A stretch of 64,000 nt of DNA from Trypanosoma brucei. Taxonomy: Eukaryota. The DNA lies in NCBI GenBank assembly GCA_000002445.1, contig CH464491.1:256001-320000 (forward strand). Reading direction: 5' to 3'. Made by a program: the position numbers and the translations under genes. This document shows, in pieces, positions 1 to 9,536 of this stretch. Position 1 is the first letter of the stretch, and each line of letters opens with the position of its first letter. The notes below the pieces were generated by a model that saw only the letters and a program-made list of their open reading frames with translations, ran no database searches and was not told the origin of the DNA.

Positions 1-2
1 AC

Positions 3-1706
3 ATGCGCTTGCCCACCGAACGCGGTGCGAGTCATGTTCTACTTTGCTTGATTTTGTTGGTTTCCTCGGCTGCGTCGGCAACTTACGAGTTTTTGAAGTT
101 TCTGGAGACATGTAGTTTGCAAATGGAAACCGAGAGGATGGTGCGCGTTATTGTTGATACGGGGTATACCAGTCCCTTTCACCGTTTGGCGCACATTTGG
201 AGGCGTATGCGAGTCCAATCGGATGGGCACGAGGAGCTTCCTGATCACGGGCTCCCCTTTATCGGTAACATGGCGTGGGGTGACTTTCTTGACGAAGTTT
301 GCGCCCGGATTCAGAGGGATCGCTCCTTTGGTGTGATTGAGCACAAAGAGTTTGATAGCCTTCGCGCCGTCCAAGCTCTTATGGTTTATGAGAACTACTT
401 CATTACGTTCCACCAACACGGTATCTTGGAGCGGGGAGCACTGAAATACGCAGATGAAAATGTTATCAGGATGCTTATCCGCAGCCTGTTTGATGAATTC
501 AGCACATTAGTTCGAGGCAAGGACCACGTGACACTCTTACGTTGGAAGGTCGTAAAGTACCTGGTGGTGTATGCTCTTTTTTATCCATTTGTTGTAGCCC
601 ACTTCCTTCTTCGCGTTTTGGTCAAGAATGCTGCCATGGTGCGCACTGATTGGGGAGGTTATATGACGAAGGACTGGAACAAACGTGCCCTCTGGACGTT
701 TAGTCTGTACAACGAAGTACCGCATGTGTTGTCTGCGAGGATTGCGAGTGGACGGCAAATTGTGATGGAAATGATCTGCAGACTTAAACCCCATTCCAGT
801 GGTAAGCGCTTCGTGTGCCGCGTAGCCTCTGGGATCATCCTTGTCTTACTAAGTTTGTCACTGGTAAATACGTCGTTGTTGGTTTCGGGAAATTTGTGTG
901 GCATTCCACTTCTTTGGTGGCTCACAGGTTCTATCGCAGCATTTTCTGTGTGCAACGAAACCCCACCAGTAGAGCGGGAGTACAATTACTTGCCTGACCT
1001 TGAAAGACTTGTCAAGCAGTTGCACTACAGTCAAGAGGAGTGGAATCACTCTGGGGAGTCATTCTACAGTGCCGTCACTTGGGACTTTTTAGAAAGTCGG
1101 TTTTCTGTTATTATCAGTGACATTGCTCGGACGTTGTTTATGCCGTGCATTCTTCTCGGCCTTTTGTTTGACGGTAGTTTGCCTGCCCTTATGGAGTGTG
1201 TGCAGTCAGAGTCTGTGCGCGTGGATGGGTTAGGTTCTGTTGCACGAGAAGCGGCATTTGACTTTCAGCTCCTTGGTGATGGTAATGACTACCCTCTGGC
1301 TTACCATCTTAGTGAGAAACTTCTCAAATCGATCGCTAGCTTCTCCGCTATCTACCCCAAGTGGATGTTGAAGCACATGCCTGACGCGGTGCCACCAGCT
1401 GATCAATCTGGAGGTAGTGCAACTTCAGGCGCACTAGACATTTTAGTGACGAAGCTGCGCAATAGAGTCGATGCAGAAACAGAAATGCAAGTGCTGGGTG
1501 ACCCGTCGGTGAGCGCGTTGGGCGTGGTAAACTCAGAAGCTGAGATTACTCGCAGTTCAGCGCTACTTGGTAAAGGCACTGCGCACGAACGGGAGCAACT
1601 GTTCGTCTCGCATATGATGCAATCAATCTATGCTTCGAAGAGCTTCGGTATCGATTCTCGCACTCTTAGGACTGCTAAAGAAGGGAGAGAGGGATGCGGG
1701 ACATAA
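3..1706 (+). CDS. Hypothetical multi-pass membrane protein with an N-terminal signal-peptide-like segment (567 aa)
   Basis: Long ORF in the same orientation as all neighbouring genes. N-terminus MRLPTERGASHVLLCLILLVSSAASA has the n/h/c layout of a signal peptide. Several hydrophobic helix-length segments follow (VVYALFYPFVVAHFLLRVLV, GIILVLLSLSLVNTSLLV, FMPCILLGLLF). I recognise no conserved catalytic motif. The ATG sits at window position 3, so an upstream extension cannot be excluded. Confidence 0.5.
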   Translation: MRLPTERGASHVLLCLILLVSSAASATYEFLKFLETCSLQMETERMVRVIVDTGYTSPFHRLAHIWRRMRVQSDGHEELPDHGLPFIGNMAWGDFLDEVCARIQRDRSFGVIEHKEFDSLRAVQALMVYENYFITFHQHGILERGALKYADENVIRMLIRSLFDEFSTLVRGKDHVTLLRWKVVKYLVVYALFYPFVVAHFLLRVLVKNAAMVRTDWGGYMTKDWNKRALWTFSLYNEVPHVLSARIASGRQIVMEMICRLKPHSSGKRFVCRVASGIILVLLSLSLVNTSLLVSGNLCGIPLLWWLTGSIAAFSVCNETPPVEREYNYLPDLERLVKQLHYSQEEWNHSGESFYSAVTWDFLESRFSVIISDIARTLFMPCILLGLLFDGSLPALMECVQSESVRVDGLGSVAREAAFDFQLLGDGNDYPLAYHLSEKLLKSIASFSAIYPKWMLKHMPDAVPPADQSGGSATSGALDILVTKLRNRVDAETEMQVLGDPSVSALGVVNSEAEITRSSALLGKGTAHEREQLFVSHMMQSIYASKSFGIDSRTLRTAKEGREGCGT

Positions 1707-1873
1707 CAACTTGAATTGTTATAATGTCTTCCGCGCTTGTTGAAAAGCGGTTACTGTGGAATGCACTAGGATGTTATCCTAAGTAATTGTCGGAATTGGA
1801 ATTACACGTTTGGCATCGTTCTTCTTATTTGCCGTGCGCACTACTGTGGGTGTTTAGTTCAGGCGATGATTCG

Positions 1874-1980
1874 TTATACTTCTCCTCTCTGCCCTTATTT
1901 TCTATTGCTTACCGTGGGTGTATCTCTATGCCGCTCTAGACTTCTTGTCATTCTTTCCTTTATTCCACCTTATTGCTGTT
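1874..1980 (+). promoter_or_regulatory. Polypyrimidine-rich tract downstream of ORF 3-1706 and upstream of ORF 2008. Probable polyadenylation / trans-splicing signal.
   Basis: Includes cttctcctctctgcccttattttctattgcttacc ... cttcttgtcattctttcctttattccaccttattgctgtt. Confidence 0.45.
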
Positions 1981-2007
1981 GTTAAGGTGCGAGGGTTCCC
2001 GTAACCT

Positions 2008-2433
2008 ATGGATTTATTAGGAAGCCAAATCGCTGCCGCACTTGAGGAAGGTAGCAGGAAGAGAAAAAGAGACGTGGAGGAGGGCTGTTCAGCGCTCGTT
2101 AGCCACGTTAATAGTACGTTGGACGTCATTACGACGGATGTCCGGAACACACTCACGGAGCAGCATTGTGAAATGGAGGAACGGGTCAATAGATTGATGA
2201 AAATGGCAGGTGATTTTGCGACAGCAGTGGACACATGGCAAAAGAAGGCATCTGATTCCGTCTGTGCGGTGGAGAGCCAGCAACAACTGCTGTGGGAATT
2301 ACTACAAGACGTGGAGAAACGCGCCCAAGAGAGGAAGAAGGAGATGTTAAAGCGGCAGGAGCAAAGAATGGAAGAGTTACGCACAATGTTGCTGGAGAGA
2401 ATACAAAAAGCAGAGGCGAGTATGCAGCTGTAG
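2008..2433 (+). CDS. Possible small coiled-coil protein, K/R/E-rich (141 aa), hypothetical
   Basis: ORF on the cluster strand, preceded by a pyrimidine-rich tract (about 1874-1980) that could supply a trans-splice acceptor. The sequence is heptad-like and charged (EKRAQERKKEMLKRQEQRMEELRTMLLERIQKAE) with a basic patch (SRKRKRD). Small size and no recognisable domain keep the call tentative. Confidence 0.35.
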   Translation: MDLLGSQIAAALEEGSRKRKRDVEEGCSALVSHVNSTLDVITTDVRNTLTEQHCEMEERVNRLMKMAGDFATAVDTWQKKASDSVCAVESQQQLLWELLQDVEKRAQERKKEMLKRQEQRMEELRTMLLERIQKAEASMQL

Positions 2434-2821
2434 GTGGTGGGACCCCTGGAGACCCCTCTTCCTTCCCAGCCCCATGCTCGTGACGGCCGTTCAGCTTCCA
2501 GCACAAAACCACAGTTTTTCCGAGTCGGTGACCTTAATTGTTTCTTTCTGCCACACGATTATTGTCTTCGCATATAGAGTTATCAGTTAGTTGTTTCTAT
2601 TTTTTTGCAGGCTTCCTTCTATGTAACTGTATGGTAGGCGTATTATTCCTCTTTTTTTCCCTAAACACAAGAAAATGGAGAACTGGGACGAGTCAAGTCA
2701 CTCATTTGTCCTGAGTTTGTTAGCGTGTTTCTTCCATGATTTTTGCTTCTTTTTTTCTTTCGGTTTTTTTTGTTAAAGGGTTGATTATCGGAAGGCCAAC
2801 GTTTTTTCCACTGTTTAGCGT

Positions 2822-3937
2822 ATGCGCCGCTTTGTTTCCCAACAAGACGGAAAAGCTACGGCGCTATGGACTAATTTGCCGCATGCAAGGGTTTCTTCCG
2901 CTTTCTTTTCATCGCTGACACACGAGTCTCGTGTCGTGCAATCCGTTACTTGCGTTAGGCGTGTGTTGGCACCTCCGACTCCCTCCATATATCCTGCATT
3001 TCGTAATACATTTAAGAGCACCAAACGATGGCAGGGAAGCACAACTTCAGCAGGTGGGGATTATTACAAACTGCTTGGCGTCAAGCCGGATGCGTCGCAA
3101 GATGAAATAAAAGCGGCCTATAAGAAATTGGCACTAGAGTTCCACCCAGACCGAAATCACGACCCTGGTGCAGAGGAGATGTTCAAGAACATTTCCGAAG
3201 CGTACAACATTATTGGGAATAAAACAAGGCGGAAGGAGTACGACATGCAACGTAGGGCAGAAACGTCTAATGCTGGTAGCGCGAGGAGCTCATACCATCC
3301 AGGAGGGGCCGCGTATCATAGCCCGCCGGGCTATCAACACATCTCAAAAGAGGAGGCAGACAAGATCTTCCGCGATTTGTTTGGTGGAATGCGCGTAGAC
3401 CAGATATTCCGCGACTTTGAAGAAATGCAACGTGGGACTAGGAGCGGTGGTCGTTCCGGGTTCCCGCAAGAGTTCGGTGCCGCGGATTGTTCGTTTCGAC
3501 CATCATTCAGGAGTGAGTCAACGCGAGTGTACACCGATGGGCTCGGTAACCGTATGGAGGAACGCACCTTTACGGATTCTCACGGTAACACATACACCGT
3601 TCATACAACAACTAGCGAGCAGCCGAACGCCAGCATGAACCAGCGGGCGGAGGATTATTACAGCGGACATGCAAGTAACAGTGGCGGTGGGCGATTTCGT
3701 ATGGGAAACTCTTCCTTCAGGGTGACCCCACGAGATGCGGCAAATGATTTTGGAGCAAATTATTTCGGGATTAGAACTCACGGAAGGCATCCCGCCGTGG
3801 CGATGATGATACTTGTGGCGTGGTCCATAGTGCTCGGCACACTTCTCTTCGCGACGCTTGCGTTTTTTGTCTCGCACCCATTCTTTACTTTCGCGGTTCT
3901 GTTTTTAATACTTTTGAAGCGGATGCGCCTTTTTTGA
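2822..3937 (+). CDS. DnaJ/Hsp40 J-domain protein with C-terminal transmembrane anchor
   Basis: Canonical J-domain: DYYKLLGVKPDASQDEIKAAYKKLALEFHPDRNHDPGAEEMFKNISEAYNIIGNKTRRKEYD, with the HPD tripeptide. N-terminal extension of about 78 aa rich in R/S/T. C-terminal hydrophobic stretch AVAMMILVAWSIVLGTLLFATLAFFVSHPFFTFAVLFLILL. A polypyrimidine tract lies directly upstream (2726-2815). Confidence 0.8.
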   Translation: MRRFVSQQDGKATALWTNLPHARVSSAFFSSLTHESRVVQSVTCVRRVLAPPTPSIYPAFRNTFKSTKRWQGSTTSAGGDYYKLLGVKPDASQDEIKAAYKKLALEFHPDRNHDPGAEEMFKNISEAYNIIGNKTRRKEYDMQRRAETSNAGSARSSYHPGGAAYHSPPGYQHISKEEADKIFRDLFGGMRVDQIFRDFEEMQRGTRSGGRSGFPQEFGAADCSFRPSFRSESTRVYTDGLGNRMEERTFTDSHGNTYTVHTTTSEQPNASMNQRAEDYYSGHASNSGGGRFRMGNSSFRVTPRDAANDFGANYFGIRTHGRHPAVAMMILVAWSIVLGTLLFATLAFFVSHPFFTFAVLFLILLKRMRLF

Positions 3938-4687
3938 GAACTGTGTTTGTGGGACTTGCTCCTTTTATATTCCTATGCACGACACCACTTGTGGATATGG
4001 GGTGCCTTTATCTATTTGTTGTTGTTGTTGTTCGAACGTGCTGGTTTCTGTCTGTTGTGTGTGTTGGATCAAGTTTCTTCCCCCGAAGGTCTTCCAGCAC
4101 GGAAGGTGTTTTTTGTTCCTCCGTACTTGGCTGGGTACCTCTTTGCGAAGTATCACCACCTATCGTGTTCGTCACTCTTCACTGACTATACGGGCGTTTC
4201 CTGTTTGGTTGTTAGTGCTTTCCTCTCCTTCGCTTTGTCTTTCATTCGTCTATTTTGTATGTATGTGTGTCTGTCTCCTTCAAGGTCAGGAAGGTGTTTC
4301 TTTTCTGTGTCCTTACAGTTTCTTTTTACTTTTCCAACTTTTCCAATTTTGACACCCAAACCTAAACGTTCGGCCTTTCATATGTTCGTGCACTCTACGT
4401 TTGCCCATGTATGTGTCATATCAAGCTGTTGCGCTCGTGAGTGAACAAGTCAAACCTAAGAAAAAATAAAGCCGAAAACACCTACTCGAAGGACGCAGGG
4501 TCAGCATCATCGACTCGTGGCAAAATAATCTACCATATTTACAGACGCAGGGGATCGTATTGTACAAACATAATACGGAGAAAAGTATATAAAAAGAAGC
4601 CACCCACATATAAATAAATATACATTTCGTGTTGGCATACGTGCATTGCCCATCATCATCACTATTATTATTATTATTGTGTGAACA

Positions 4688-5689
4688 ATGAGTGCTGCCG
4701 GCGTTAAGAGCGGGAACGGATGCATCGCAGACACTCCTATTGTCGTGGTTGGCGCTTGCTTTGTGGACTACGTCGCCTACGTTGATCACCTTCCACAGGT
4801 TGGGGAATCGCTCAGGTGTCGCAGTTTCAGCAAAGGTTTTGGTGGTAAAGGCTCTAACCAGGCCGTCTGCGCTGGACGTCTGGGAGCATCCGTTTCAATG
4901 GTGGGCGCTGTGGGAACTGATGGCGATGGTGCGGATTACATCGCGAACTTCCAAAGGAATGGCGTCCAGGTGTCGAATGTTTACCGAATGGAAAACACCT
5001 CAACGGGGCTCGCGATGATCTTTGTTGATTCCACTACGTCCCACAATGAAATAGTGTTTTCGCCCAACGCCACCGGTGCCCTTACAGTGGATTATCTCCG
5101 TAAGCAGTCCGATAACTACAACAATTTTTTCGGCCCCAAGTGTCGCTACATCATTTTACAGAACGAAATTCCAGTTGAAACAACGCTTGACGTGCTTAAG
5201 GAGGCCCATACACGCGGTATTTACACTGTCTTCAACGCTGCCCCCGCTCCTTCGGCGGACGAGGTGGCTGTTGTTAAGCCTTTTCTTTCATATGTGTCAC
5301 TGTTTTGCGTGAATGAGGTGGAGGCATCGATGATCACTGGTATTGACGTGAAAGACACCCAGTCCGCCATCCTTGCTACGGAGGAAATGCAGAAGTTGGG
5401 TGCACACAGTGTTGTAACGACTCTCGGAGGAAACGGCTACGTTATTGGCGAGAAGGGCAAACCACCACGACACTTGCCCAGTATCACTGTGAAGGCTGTG
5501 GATTCCACTGGTGCTGGCGACTGCTTCGTTGGTGCCATGGTGTTTTATCTGTCGATGGGCAAATCCCTCGAGGAGTCCTGCAAGAGGGCGAATATGATTG
5601 CGGCAATCAGTGTTCAGCGGCCAGGCACCCAATCGTCCTATCCCACACTTGACGAGCTGCCTGCTGAGGTGAAGGAATGCAAAATATAG
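4688..5689 (+). CDS. Ribokinase / pfkB-family carbohydrate kinase
   Basis: N-terminal GG motif region (VVVGACFVDYV...GGKGSNQAVCAGRLG). C-terminal pfkB signature DSTGAGDCFVGAMVFYL (DTxGAGD anion-hole / catalytic Asp motif). Length 333 aa is typical for ribokinases. Confidence 0.85.
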   Translation: MSAAGVKSGNGCIADTPIVVVGACFVDYVAYVDHLPQVGESLRCRSFSKGFGGKGSNQAVCAGRLGASVSMVGAVGTDGDGADYIANFQRNGVQVSNVYRMENTSTGLAMIFVDSTTSHNEIVFSPNATGALTVDYLRKQSDNYNNFFGPKCRYIILQNEIPVETTLDVLKEAHTRGIYTVFNAAPAPSADEVAVVKPFLSYVSLFCVNEVEASMITGIDVKDTQSAILATEEMQKLGAHSVVTTLGGNGYVIGEKGKPPRHLPSITVKAVDSTGAGDCFVGAMVFYLSMGKSLEESCKRANMIAAISVQRPGTQSSYPTLDELPAEVKECKI

Positions 5690-5840
5690 GACGCACGTGT
5701 GGATTGAGACGTTGTTGTGTGGCGGGAATCAGATTCGTTCCCAAGGAAATAAGTATGGAGGTAGAAGAACAGCCACCCCCGCTTGTACTAATTAAGTAAG
5801 AATGATATCGAGGTAAAGTCCACCTTGGGAATGAGTTTAT

Positions 5841-5881
5841 GTATGTGTGCATGTGTGCATGTGTGTGTGTGTGGGGGGGGG
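5841..5881. repeat. Imperfect (TG)n microsatellite ending in a G9 homopolymer
   Basis: gtatgtgtgcatgtgtgcatgtgtgtgtgtgtggggggggg, read directly from the sequence. Confidence 0.9.
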
Positions 5882-7353
5882 ATGTGGAAGGATGCCACCA
5901 GTGACGCAAAATTAAAAAAAAATACGCACATGTAAATATGGATGTATTCGTGTGCATGTATACGCGTACATAACTGCGTTTCCAAGTGAGTGGAAAAATG
6001 AAAGAGGAAACACAACAGGAAGTATGTGTATAGTATTTTATTTTTGTACATGTACCGATCCCCTCGTAAGGGCAGAGTTTGTGCGTATCGAAGGGGTGTG
6101 GTGAGGAGGTGGTGGACGATCGCAAAGTGAGGACGAAGGGTGAAGCGTATGGGTGCTCTACTGTTTTCCCTTTCTTTTTTCTTGTTTTGGACAACTGAAA
6201 GGATTTTCTATGTCGTTGTTATTGCTACACTGTAAGACATGGGAGGTTCTTTGTACTTACTGAAAACGGTAATTTAATTTTAGCGAATTCATTTTTTCTT
6301 TGTTCTTTTTTTTTACCTTTTGGATAATATCGTTGGCATCAATATCATCATCATCATTATTAATATTATTAGTTTTGCTGGTTACCGCCTTGATATGTCA
6401 CCTTAAAGGTAAATACCATTAAATGTGGTGTGCCCACACGGAAGGCACTGAGCCCTTCACGGGATGAATGCCAATTGGGAGTAGTTACTCAGATATGTTT
6501 GATGCTTAACCGTATTGCACGCGAAATGGCGAGAGGAATGGTTTCATTCGGTACAGTTGCCCCGAAAACTGTCTGGTGTGTGGGCGCGTCACGTCTCGCA
6601 ATTTCCCCCCTCGTTCCCACTTTTTTTCCATTTCAATGATTGTTTTGTGTGTTTTTTTTTTTTACAACCCATTTACTGCCGGCCATATGAAGCTGTGGGT
6701 TTAATATGATTCCGAGGCAGTTGGAGTGGGAGTTGGGGAAGTGGGACACATTTTCTCTATACTTCGGCTTTCAGCCGTCTGCGTTCGCCAGACTTTCTTG
6801 TGTTTTGAGTGTGCTGAATCTGAATCCGAAAGTGTTATTTTGTCGATTTGTACTATCGATTAGCGATACCAATGCTAGCCGTATTATTATTATTATTACT
6901 TTTTCCATCCTTTCTTTGTTCTCCTTTTTTTGTTTGTAAAATTTCTCCTCTTGTTGTTGCTGGCGCTCTTGCGTTATCCCATTAAAAGTGTGAAGATTGT
7001 GCTTACGTCCTATCGTCCATTTGTTTCGCATCAGCAGTAAGGACGAAGGAAGGAAAAAAATAAGTAAAGCAGAAGATATATTTACAAGTAACTCTGGAGG
7101 AACAAGAGAAAGCGTGAGAGAGAACGACAACGCCGCTTGCACGCGGAGGAAAAAAAGGGCGAAAAGTTATTCATATTTGAGAAGAAGCTAGAAAGCAAAG
7201 GAAGACACAATACACGTTTTCTTTTAACCCCTTTTCACCTCTACCACCTTCTCTCACCAGCTCAGCCAACACGCGCCTCCGACTCTACTCTACTTTATCC
7301 TGGTCTGCCCTGTGGACAGGTAGCGTAACGACTGATTCTTGTGATATAACGTC

Positions 7354-9297
7354 TTGCACATTATGAGCGGATATGGCGAATCTATGCATTCACTAAGAGA
7401 ACCCGTTTCACCCTGCCCACGCCGCAGGTCTCTGGCGTCCACCCCTTTGGAAAGGCAGCGCTCGTACTCGCGCGGGGGCATGGTGGGTTCGCCGGTCCCT
7501 GATGATATGTCTTTTACGCTGTCGCCGCTACCGTATTTCCCCAAACGGACCCGTAGTGTTACATTTGAAGAAAGCGATGAAGTCCCTGTACGTGAGGAGC
7601 GACCATACTACTCATGGGACGACCGACACGGTTTGTCGGACAAGCGAGGATTCGACGATAATGGCGCAGCAGTAGCGGTACGAGACGGTGGGGAGGAATG
7701 CCATTATGCTCGCAGTGGCGCTGCTGGGAGGCGTGAGGAGGGGGATCAACGGTACCGTCCGTTTGTTGTGGCAGGCACAACATTTAAAATCCCACGCTCA
7801 CGTTCTCAAAGTCGCCAACACCGCGAAGCTGAAGAAAAATTGGCGATGTCGACCTTTTCCTATCCTGAAATAAGGAAGGTGGAGGACTTCTGTACTCAAC
7901 TATTAAGGCCCTTAGAGGAAAATGAGCCACCGCAGCGAGAGGGGTATAGAGGTGCCCATACAAATGAAGGAGTTAATGCTGGAAATGATGCGGGCCAACC
8001 ACCAGAGATTACTCCTATCCGGAAAGCAAAAGCGACACTCAAGTCTGGGTTAAAGACCGATTACGTGAGTCGTGCTAATTGTGACTTACAGAGAACAGTC
8101 GCTGATCATTTGCCTCGCAGGAGGGGACGCTCAAATAAAAGAGAAGCTTCCAGGCCGAAGGAAGAAGAATCTGGAGAGGAAGGGTACTCCATGGAGGCAA
8201 GCGTGGCACCGCATGAAGCGAAACAAAAGACCACCAGATGTGTAACTACTGCAACTCCACAGTGTGGTGTCGGTGTAGGGGGCGCTTCGCGAAGGCGCAC
8301 GCGGTGCGAGTCAGTGGAGGAAGGTGTTGTGCATTCCACTACCCAAAAATGCATTCATGTGATAGATATCCACAACGCGGAGGAGGAAATCAAATCCCTT
8401 CCAACGGAAATTACGGCCACTGTGAGTTGCGTTGTGAAGGGGCTGCTGGACGACCTTTCCAACCAGAGTTTCCCTATTATAATTAAACCGTGCAAGAGCG
8501 GGGGACTGAAGCAAGTGGAGGTTCATTTGGTTGATGGAATGGGTGACGAGGAACATGGGGACTGGATGCCGCAAAGGGTTGTGGCAAGTGCTCCGCAAAA
8601 CCGTAAAAGGGCGCCACAGAAACGTGCAGCCGAAAGGTCTGTTCCGTCAGTCAGTTGTAAGAAAGAGTCATCCGCCACACCTCTTGTTGCGCCTGAGGTT
8701 GTCCCTGTAGCAAAAAGAAGTCTTCCGCGTCCTGCTGCGCCTCCACTGATTGATGAGTTGAATGGGGGTGAAGAGCCGGTGCTACTTCGCCGGTCTGGAA
8801 CTATGCAGAAACGGCCTGCTCGCTCCGTTTCCTACATTTCAGTCGATACCGATGACATGGCAGAGGCAAACGAAACTTCCGCCACTGTGCGACGACCACA
8901 ATCGGCTCCCAAAAGCACAACCACCACAACACGAAGGTGTCGCAAAGCATCTGCCACCGCAGTGGAAGCCCCAACGTGTCATCCACCGCTCAGTAACGTT
9001 ACTCACAGCTCCCCGATCCCGCCGGACCCATTTTTGGCTACAGAAGAGGATCTCGAATCCATTGTTGAGGAGCCTGTCACTCTCCGCCGGAACGGGCACC
9101 TCAACAAACCCACCTCTGATTGGAATAGCTTCGCTAATGACGACTCCGACGTATTAGACAATTTTCTTGTGAAGTTCGTTCCAGAAAATGCTGGTTTAAT
9201 GCTTGCAAGAGCTAACATATGCACGAGGAAGGGGCGTAGAAAAACCAGAGGAGCGGCGTTGAGCCTCCCCCCAAGTATTGGGGGGAGAACGCGGTGA
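7354..9297 (+). CDS. Hypothetical protein, S/R/T/P-rich, probably largely disordered (647 aa)
   Basis: Long ORF on the cluster strand with a pyrimidine tract immediately upstream (7206-7262). Low-complexity, charged composition. No recognisable domain by eye. Confidence 0.5.
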   Translation: MHIMSGYGESMHSLREPVSPCPRRRSLASTPLERQRSYSRGGMVGSPVPDDMSFTLSPLPYFPKRTRSVTFEESDEVPVREERPYYSWDDRHGLSDKRGFDDNGAAVAVRDGGEECHYARSGAAGRREEGDQRYRPFVVAGTTFKIPRSRSQSRQHREAEEKLAMSTFSYPEIRKVEDFCTQLLRPLEENEPPQREGYRGAHTNEGVNAGNDAGQPPEITPIRKAKATLKSGLKTDYVSRANCDLQRTVADHLPRRRGRSNKREASRPKEEESGEEGYSMEASVAPHEAKQKTTRCVTTATPQCGVGVGGASRRRTRCESVEEGVVHSTTQKCIHVIDIHNAEEEIKSLPTEITATVSCVVKGLLDDLSNQSFPIIIKPCKSGGLKQVEVHLVDGMGDEEHGDWMPQRVVASAPQNRKRAPQKRAAERSVPSVSCKKESSATPLVAPEVVPVAKRSLPRPAAPPLIDELNGGEEPVLLRRSGTMQKRPARSVSYISVDTDDMAEANETSATVRRPQSAPKSTTTTTRRCRKASATAVEAPTCHPPLSNVTHSSPIPPDPFLATEEDLESIVEEPVTLRRNGHLNKPTSDWNSFANDDSDVLDNFLVKFVPENAGLMLARANICTRKGRRKTRGAALSLPPSIGGRTR

Positions 9298-9505
9298 GTG
9301 TGTAGAAGTGCATCATCATTTTTGTTTATTGATAATTCCCCTCTTTTTAAAATGTTCTGGTGGAGGGGACAACGAGCAAGGGAAGGTCATAGTGTTAAGT
9401 GATAACAATAAGTCTCTGCATTAACATGGAGCTGGGGGGATTTATATGATTACTGAAGTTCACGAGGTAGATTGAAAGGCGCAAAAGGATGTTTGGAATG
9501 AGGTG

Positions 9506-9534
<29 letters not shown>
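9506..9534. repeat. (AC)n microsatellite, about 14 units
   Basis: acacacacacacacacacacacacacaca, read directly from the sequence. Confidence 0.95.

Positions 9535-9536
<2 letters not shown>

Noticed and set aside
5607-6194. 195-aa minus-strand ORF in the ribokinase downstream spacer
   Set aside because: It is driven by the (TG)n/(CA)n microsatellite and homopolymers (HTHTHAHMHTY...). The composition is low-complexity, the orientation opposes the cluster, and it has no features of a real gene.
6400-6600. Possible C/D snoRNA-like boxes (tgatgc ... ctg) in the spacer at 6400-6600
   Set aside because: Only loose single matches to short box motifs. There is no terminal stem, no tandem cluster organisation and no complementarity I could verify. 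The evidence is insufficient to call an RNA gene.
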